64,000 nt of DNA from Rhizophagus irregularis. Taxonomy: Eukaryota. The notes under the pieces were generated by a model that had not been told where the DNA came from, searched no databases, and saw only the letters and a program-made list of their open reading frames with translations. Shown piece by piece: positions 55,307-64,000 of this stretch. A program made the position numbers and the translations under genes. Each line of letters begins with the position of its first letter. The stretch's first letter is position 1. Location: NCBI RefSeq assembly GCF_026210795.1, contig NC_089436.1, forward strand, positions 1,798,001 through 1,862,000, given 5' to 3'.

Positions 55307-58300
55307 ATATGTGATCCGAAATTACTTCTCCTCGAAAATTTGTTAAAATCTTTAATGCTGTCTGCATGTTTTGAAATTTAATAGCATAGAAAAGGTAGAG
55401 TATGAATTATTGGTTATTTTACTTAATTGTGGTACTCGCATTTAATGGCCTAGAATAAAGCATCCAATAATATTTTTTATAATAAAGAAAAAGTTTTGCT
55501 TAAATTATCTATATGTTTATGCCGTAATAGTATTGATTATTCATCTAAAAATAAAATGATCGAAAATATAGTACATAGCGCAATATTATTTTTATTCCAT
55601 TTTTGTACTTCAAAGAAAGACTAAAAGACTATACATTGTAAGTTCGTTTGTTTGCGTTTACATAAAAAAGTAATCATTCCAGCCAAGGTATGCGGTCTTG
55701 TCCTTTTCTGTAGAATTCTTACTTACTATTGTTTTCATATGAAACCTTTCTGTTTATGGATTAATTAGATGACGCAAAGATTTGTGCATTTTAGAACATA
55801 ATATATATATGAACCGTTTTTCAAAGTAAATTTATCTTAGTTTGTTAATCACGTGAAAATAAAATACCTTAATTTAAATAATTTAAATTTTTAGTTCGTT
55901 TATTAATTTACATTTTAACGTTTAATAATCAGTTCAAATTATGCTTAAAATAAGATTTTAATAAAAAACAGAGTGAAATATTATTATACAGTAGTCTTAT
56001 TGATAAAGCTATAATTTAAAAATAATTTATATTATTTATATGTATTATATATAAGTTCTCTAAGAAAATCACCCAATAACCCGATCAGCCGCATCCTTGA
56101 CAATCTGACGCATAAATTTTGTTAATTTTGCGTTCAGTCCATACTAATCACCCAGAGAACTCAATTTTTCCAAAATTAAAAATTCTAGTTTCACGAAAGA
56201 CATATTATGTATGTAGACAGACACCTTATTATCAGATGTGAACCCATATTTTTTACCATTGCTATCTATATCCTTTATGACGCAAGTGCATAATGTCATT
56301 TGAATCTTCTTCAGCAATAGCTAATGAATACAGAATCTCATATCGTAAGAAAAGCTCCAAAGTTTCCTTGCATCTTTGATATAATTGTTATGAAGGGAAT
56401 CATTAGATATGGATAACAAGAACATTGAAGAGGAGAAAGTTAAATTAGTAAACTATGAATTATTTTTTTATTATGATACTATGATTCTTCTAATAATATG
56501 CTCATATTCACCATGAAATAAATCGCTCAGAATCAGTTTTCTTTGCCATATATCGAAAAATTCTCTTGCTTGTTAAGCCCTTTCACTGCTTTGGTCTTTT
56601 AGATTACGCCTGGATTCTGTAAAGCGCATATTCGGTTATCTCATTGGCAGGACATCGTGCGCGTAGAATCTTTATCCATTGATGATATGGTTTCCTAGAA
56701 CCAACTACCGAATGATTAAGCTTTACGAGTGATGTCAAAAATATCATCTCATAAGTTTTTATAATCCGATAAGGTGGATTCACTTTTCAGCTATTCGATT
56801 ATAACATAATTAATTATATTTAACTAATTTAAGAGATCATTTCTTCACCTTTTGCTATTCACTCTTTCATAAACTGTTCTATTCCCTATTCCATAACTGC
56901 ATCCTTTTCTGTTTAAAAAACTAATATTTTGAATATCACTGAATAATAACGAGTGCTGACTTCTAGTAAAATCTGATGCCTGAATTATTTTGGCTGAATT
57001 TAATGGTGATGGTGGGATATAATGTGATATTCTTTATGTTTAGTTTGTGAGTTACATTTTCAAGTACAGTGACTGCCAGCATAAATAAATAGAGTATAAA
57101 CAAATAAACAAATAGAACATAAATATTTACAACTTTGCAAATAATTATCAGCCAAATTCATTGATTAAATTCATAATCTGCACCTTTCCATATTCCCTCT
57201 TGATTTCACGATTTAATTCATATTAATTATTACATGAATTCAAAGAAAGATGATCGTTCAACTCATAAAGGAATCCCATCGTTAACATTTGAAAAAGTAA
57301 TTACTACTACTATCACGCAAATGATGTAAGATTGATGTTTTAATGTTCACAAATTTCGCTAAAACATATGAGCTTTTCACATGACGTGAAGACATCACTA
57401 TTAAACATTCATTAAGTCTAAACACATGGTGCTACGATTTTTAATGTCAGTTATAAGCTTTGTCTTCAAGGCTTTGCCAAATATACATATTAGTTATTCC
57501 TTTAAGTTGCTCTTTAAGAAGGAGAAGTTTCTTAAAATTTCAACACTAGGTATTTTTTAATTAGGGCGATTGATAATGATAAAGATTCGTGCATTTTTCT
57601 CACGGTTAATTTTTGGATTTTTTTGCTGTGAAAGAGAATAGCTTTTTTTTTTAGTTTTTGAGCTTCACAAAAACTAAAAAAGCTCAGAAAGTTTAAAAGA
57701 ATGAGAGATATATATATATATATACTTTAAAGGTCTTTCTGTCTTGATCGGTGGATTATAGAATTGAAAAAAATATGGAAAAAAAAACAAAAAAACAAAA
57801 GATTATCATAATAACTGTTACGCAACTTAGAGTGACGTTCGTTTTTGAGGTTTTCTTTCACGTGTTAAAATAGTTAAAAATAGAAGCCAGTATATAAGTA
57901 CAATGTACTACTATACACCACTCATTTAGACTTGAACCTTCTTTTCGAGTTAATTTTGTAGGTTTCCACTTTTGTCTAGTTTCAATAAATATATTCAAGA
58001 ATGGAGGTTTGTGTGATTTCAACATCGTAAAACCACGCAGTTCATGATTCCTTATAATAATTCAAATATGTTTAAAAAAGGAAAATTAATTAAAAAAAAA
58101 TATCCGAGAATACAATGGACTTTCAAACCATTATCTTACCATGCAGGTGAATGTTCACTGCTTATTTACTGTATGTATGATTGAGTTCTATTCGTATTTA
58201 AAAAGAGAGAACCTCCTTACATCTCAAATTTTGCATAAATGAATAACAAATATTGCGAGAAATATAAACTGCGAAAGTTTTAAATTATATGAGACGTAAC

Positions 58301-59178
58301 TCGTAAGAGAAGTAAATTATGATACGGATTGGTAATAAATAATAACTAAATATAAGTACATAATATTTGGTTTTATTTGGGAAAATATTTAACCACTAAA
58401 CGCAGCAATGCTGAATGACGCGAATGTTAATGTTATAATGAATGAAATTATCATAAATCAATGGAACTATATAAATAAAACACAAAACCATTATATGTTT
58501 TTGTAAAACAAAAGTAAACCATATAAAAGTAATGATTTCATGAGTTACAACTAAATACGCATCTAATAAGTTAAAAAGAATAATTGAAAATTTTATTTCT
58601 TTACATTGTTCTCTTTTTTCCATCAACAAATAAAAAGGAAATATTGCTCTGTGTAACAACTAAAGATCTTCAATCAACTTGGAACAATATGGGATAAACA
58701 TTATAATTTTAATAATTTTTATTAGTTTATCTGTATAAAAAAAGCATTAATCGGCAGTTTAAATGAGAACAATACTATTAACAATACCCGTAGGTATTAT
58801 TTTATCTACTTACTTGGATAGATTATTATTTATAAAAGAATAATATTATGGAATTTATTTCTTCCACATTGTTTTTATTAATAAAAAAATATTGTTCACT
58901 TATAAATATATAAAAATGTGATTTACTTTTTTACCTAAATACTCTTTTTTTTTTTAATTTACGAAAAAAGAGAAGAACAAAAATTAAAAAATTATTTTTA
59001 AAAAAAAAACAAACAGATAAACTCACTATCTTTTAACTTTTTTTTTATTTTATTTTATCTTTCGTTTCTGTTTAGTTTTTTTTTTTAAAAAAAAAAAAAA
59101 GAAAGAAATATTTTAATATTTTAATATTTTAAATATTATTCTAAAAAATTTATTTTACGCACTGCACATTTTAATATT

Positions 59179-59724
59179 ATGTCAACTACTATTACAATTA
59201 ATTCAATAAATAATCCTGAAGATCAAATCCAACAAATTTCTCTTAATAATCAATCAACTAATTCAACTAGAGGTGAACCTCCAGTTTATTCTGAAGATAA
59301 TAATAATAATAATCCTACAGCCTCAGTAAACATTTCTTTACCAACATCGGCATACCTTTCCCCAAATTCTCCTCCGCTTCCAAATCTATCAGCTAATATA
59401 TCATCAGAATCTCTTCCATCTTACGATAAAGTAAACATTGATATGCCTCCTTCATATCCAATTGATAATTTAAAATTAGATACTTTTGACTCTCCTTATG
59501 ATTTGGTTCCAATTGAACCTCAAAATCCTTGGCCTATCTCTAAAAAACTTTATATTATTGGTTTTTTAATATGGCCTTTATGGTATATTGGTATTCCTTT
59601 TTGTTTCTTTGGGAAAGATCGGGAAACTAGACGATGGGGACAAAGATGCATTTATAATGCGATCATTATTAGTTTTGTATTTTGTTATCTCATCATTTCT
59701 TACAGAAATAGTGTTATAAATTAA
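59179..59724 (+). CDS. PY-motif membrane protein (single exon, 181 aa)
   Basis: PPVY, LPSY and PPSY motifs in a disordered N-terminus; C-terminal hydrophobic segments KKLYIIGFLIWPLWYIG and WGQRCIYNAIIISF. Confidence 0.75.
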   Translation: MSTTITINSINNPEDQIQQISLNNQSTNSTRGEPPVYSEDNNNNNPTASVNISLPTSAYLSPNSPPLPNLSANISSESLPSYDKVNIDMPPSYPIDNLKLDTFDSPYDLVPIEPQNPWPISKKLYIIGFLIWPLWYIGIPFCFFGKDRETRRWGQRCIYNAIIISFVFCYLIISYRNSVIN

Positions 59725-60417
59725 TTGAAATGGAGTGCAAGAATATTCGTTAATTTTGGGGTTTCTGGTACACACACACACATATATATATATACAGCGT
59801 ATATATATATATTATATATATTTATTAAAAAAGAACACTATTTTTTTTTTTATCCCTATTTTTCTTTACTAGAAGCCCAATTTATCATCCACATGCTGTA
59901 TTTTTTTCAAATCAAAAAATTTTAAATTTCAAATTTTTTATCCTCAAAAATGTAAATATTTTAATCACAAATTTTTTTTTTCTTATTTTATACATAGTAG
60001 TCATAACTCATAATATATTATATTATTATATTTTTGATTTGTTTTACAATTGTATTTACTTTCATAAGATACTTTACTTACTTATTGACTTGTATTGTAA
60101 TAATATTTATATAATAAAATGATCAAATATGAATCTTTTTAATATTCAAATTCTTCGAATCCTCTCATTCATCTAGTAAATGAACTAAACTATTATATGA
60201 TTAATTGAAGATCTTTATTTTGGTTTTGCCACGTTGCCCCATGTATAATATCGAATTTTCCTAATTTGGGATGATATTAAAAAAATTTTCTTATTACGCA
60301 ATTTTGTACAATTATCTGTAAATCTTTTTTTGAAACCTTTTTTTTTCTTTTCTTTTCAACAAGTTGGTTTCGAATAATCTAATTTCTCACAATATAAAAA
60401 CCATATCTTTATTATTT

Positions 60418-63007
60418 ATGTACGCGTTAAATAATCTAAAAGGAAAAGGAAAGGAAGATGATGGTGACCATATTTATACAGCATTAGGAACTTCAGAACA
60501 ATCTTCGTCTTCTGATATATTAACGACGAAAGTTAAGGAGCCTACAAAATTAAAACCTCCATTATGGAATACATTGGAATTTTATATTTATTATGTAATT
60601 ATATCATTTTCTCTTGCATACGCTTTTTACATGGCATATGATATTAGTAAAGGTATGTATTTGTGAAAAGTTTATGCTAAGTGGAAATCATGATCTAATT
60701 GATCTAATTTTTTAGAAACAAACCCAAATTATATGAGATATTCTAGAAGATTGGAGCCAGGTTGGTTATTTGGACGTAAAGTGGTAAGTTAATTTTTATA
60801 CTTTATTTAATAAACGATCTCTCTAATGAAATGTTTCTTTAATTTATTTCGTAGGATAACAGTGATGCACAATTCGCTTCTTTTCGAGATCATTACGGAG
60901 CCTTGTTTATGGCTTCAATAGCTTATTTAATCCTTTCACATTTATATCGAATTTTTCTTGTACCAAATCCTCCGGCAAAATTACCATCCCAACCACTTCG
61001 TAGAACTTATTTTTTCTTAACATTTTCATTAATATTCCTTTATGTTCTTTTTGGAAATGGATTAATTAAAATATTGATTATTTTAAGTTTCAATTTTTTA
61101 ATTCCAATAACATTAAAAGGATCAAAATTGAATCCTATTGTTACTTGGCTGTTTAATTTGGCAGTTTTATTTATTAATGAAAATTATGATGGATATAAAT
61201 TTGAATGGTTTAACGAAAACCTTGCATTTTTAGTAAGTTAATTTTTGGAGATTTGATTATATTATTAAGAAAAAAATTCTCTTACTCATTATTCTCTTTG
61301 TTATAATTTTAGGATTCAAATGTAGGATTATTAACTCGATGGACTATTACATTCAACATATGTACGTTACGAATAATATCGTTTAATATGGATTATTATT
61401 GGTTATTTCACCCTTCACCAGATTCGACTGAGGTAATCTTGGGAGAATCATATGTAATAATGTTTAAAAAATTTTATTATTTATTTTATTTTATTTTATT
61501 TATTTCTTTCTTTTCGAGGAGACATTGCAACTCCTTTCGGTTTATTACAAAATTATAAATATTGAATATATATATATATATTTCTTCATTTAGAAAAATG
61601 ATAGAGATCAAGCACCATTAACAGAAAAAGATAGAATCATAACTCCGTGTTTTAAAGAAGATTATAATTATATTAATTATTTAAGTTATGTGTTATATAC
61701 ACCGTTATATCTTGCAGGACCAATCATTACTTTTAATAATTTTATCTCTCAGGTAAATACTCAATCAGATATTTTTACTATTGATAATTCCACCATTTGA
61801 GGTCAACAAAAAAAACCATACATCATAAACAAATTTTATTAACAATATTTATTTTCATATTGAAGTTAAGGTATCCGAAGGAATTTGATATAAAGTCAAC
61901 ATTTATTTATGGAGTTAGATTATTAGGAGTAATGCTTTTAATGGAAGTAATGTTACATTTTATTTATGTTGTAGCTATGAGTAAATCAAGAGCATGGGAT
62001 GATTTGTCACCTTTGGAATTAGGGATGATTGGAGTTTTCAATCTAGAATATATCTGGTTAAAAGTAAGGCAAAATAAATATTAAGTATTGAAATTAATAA
62101 TAAACCAAATATTAAATTATTATTTTTTTCTTTCTAGTTGTTAATTATATGGAGATTTTTTAGATTTTGGGCAATGGCTGATGGATTTGAAGTACAAGAA
62201 AATATGTTAAGATGTATGTTAAATAATTACTCCACAACAGGATTTTGGAGAAGTTGGCACAGAAGTTTTTATAGATGGATTATTAGGTAAGTTTACATTA
62301 CTTAATTCATCTTTTGTTTAAAATTTATTTTAAATACCTTTTTCAATTTTTATAGATATATTTATATTCCACTTGGAGGATCAAAATATTTAATATATAA
62401 TATGTTAATAGTATTTACATTTGTTGCATTATGGCATGATATATCATTAAAATTATTAGCATGGGGCTGGTTAATTTGGATATTTATTTTACCCGAAACT
62501 ATAGCTACTAAAATATTTACTGAAAAGAAAGTAAGTATAAAAATTTCTTTTTATATTTATTTATTTTCAAAAAGATTCTTTTATTAATATATATATATTT
62601 TTGATATAAAAACAGTTTGGAGATAGACCATATTATAGGCATGTATGTGCAATTGGTGGCGCATTAAATTTAGTTTTTATGTGGGCTGCAAATTTAGTTG
62701 GATTTGCTATCGGATTAGATGGTATGAAAGTAGTATTAAGTAATTTATTTGGAACATTACATGGTTAGTATAAATAAATATTTATATATACATATATATA
62801 TATATTTATTTATAAATAAATTTTTTTATATATATGTATATTTTTTTATTTTTATTTTTTTTTTGCTAATATTTTATTTTTCTTATACTTTAAGGTCTTA
62901 TCCAATTTTCCTTAAGTTTTATCAGTATATATTGTGCTGTACAAGTAATGTTTGAAATTAGAGAGGAAGAAAAAAGAAGAAATATTAATCAAGAAATTAG
63001 ATATTAA
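60418..63007 (+). CDS. GUP1: MBOAT family O-acyltransferase, GUP1-like, about 10 exons
   Basis: [113 protein letters not shown]. Confidence 0.9.
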
Positions 63008-63404
63008 TATTTATTTATTTATTTATTTATTTATTTTATTTATTTATTTATTTTATTTATTTATTTTATTTATTTATTTATTTTTTAAAAAATTTCTGAT
63101 AAACATTTAAATAAAAGCTTAATAGATTCTTTTTTTCTTACTAAAGGAATATTTATAATTTAATAGACAAGTAGTATTACAAATTCTGATACTAGATAGT
63201 AATAATTTAGACTAAATTATAATATTTATTTTCTTTATATATTAGTTTTAGCTTTTTGAATAAAAGAGTTAATTTCTAAATTTGCGAATTTGTGATAAAT
63301 ATTATTTTATTTATAAGTTACTTTTTTGTTTTAACTTATATATATATATTTTTTTTATAATAAATGTAATGCTTTAAAATTAACTGCATAAAATCTCTTT
63401 GAAA

Positions 63405-64000
63405 TTATTGTTCATTTTGAACCAAAACAACTTCTTCATAATAAGAAACTTCATTAAATCCAACATCATTCATCTCACAATCATTCTTACAAGTAAATAC
63501 CATAATAGTTCCCCATTCCATACCAAGATTAAATATTGAATTATCATTTTTCTTATTTTTCTTATTTTTCTTATCAGAATTAATTTCATTTTCTTCAATA
63601 AAAGAACTAGTAGATAATGTAGTTAACATACTCGGCATTAATTGTAACTCAAAAACTCGACTTGACTTACACCAATGACAAACTGGTAATTTTGATGATG
63701 TGATTTCATCATTACAATTATCAAGTAGGAGTTTTGCAGTTACATCATTATGTGTATATAATAACGGTTGTCCATCAAATTGATACCTAAATAATATTGA
63801 TATAGGGAGTAATGAGATTCGAGAGTAAAAATAGATTAAAAAAAAAAGTCACCAAATTTTTTACCTCACACACTGATCAGGCCATTCTGCTACACGATCA
63901 GAAAATTTTTTAAAGGTTTTGTCATAACCTTTTGGTAAGATTGGCTTTTCATATTTCTCTCCAATCCAATCAAAATTGTCTTCGACTTCTTCATATGACA
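63405..64000 (-). CDS. TSR4: PDCD2-like / TSR4 (uS5 chaperone), 3' part only
   Basis: YEK..YDKTFKKFSDRVAEWPDQCV|RYQFDGQPL, CHWCKSSRVFELQLMPSML, MEWGTIMVFTC. Confidence 0.8.

Noticed and set aside
56200..57300. Coding-like minus-strand relic
   Set aside because: Multiple stops and no recognisable family, so it cannot be supported as a feature.
63010..63085. (TTTA/TTTTA)n tract
   Set aside because: Ordinary low-complexity 3' intergenic microsatellite.

Overview
Very AT-rich eukaryotic DNA with many short (about 60-100 nt) spliceosomal introns. The gene families and transposon types point to an arbuscular mycorrhizal fungus (Glomeromycotina, Rhizophagus-like); this is an inference. Bases 1-12529 are the right-hand part of a large (>12.5 kb) CACTA/EnSpm-like element. 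It carries a frameshifted transposase, a divergently transcribed accessory ORF, a SANT/Myb gene plus a relic paralog, and an apparently captured exon of an MT-A70 (6mA methyltransferase-type) gene, and ends in a terminus (reverse complement CACAGGTCAAAA) with palindromic subterminal repeats. 12530-18750 and about 30500-37500 are CpG-depleted nests of transposon relics: CACTA, hAT, MULE and Tc1 MITEs with target-site duplications (TSDs), two 5'-truncated non-LTR fragments and a hypermutated Tc1. Host genes are a multi-NZF zinc finger + PARP-like ADP-ribosyltransferase, an N-formylglutamate amidohydrolase-like protein, a divergent syntaxin, a RalGAP-alpha-like protein, COG2, homoisocitrate dehydrogenase, small hypothetical proteins, a PY-motif membrane protein, GUP1 and a partial TSR4/PDCD2L. 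Exon structures were read by eye and family calls come from recalled motifs, not database searches.
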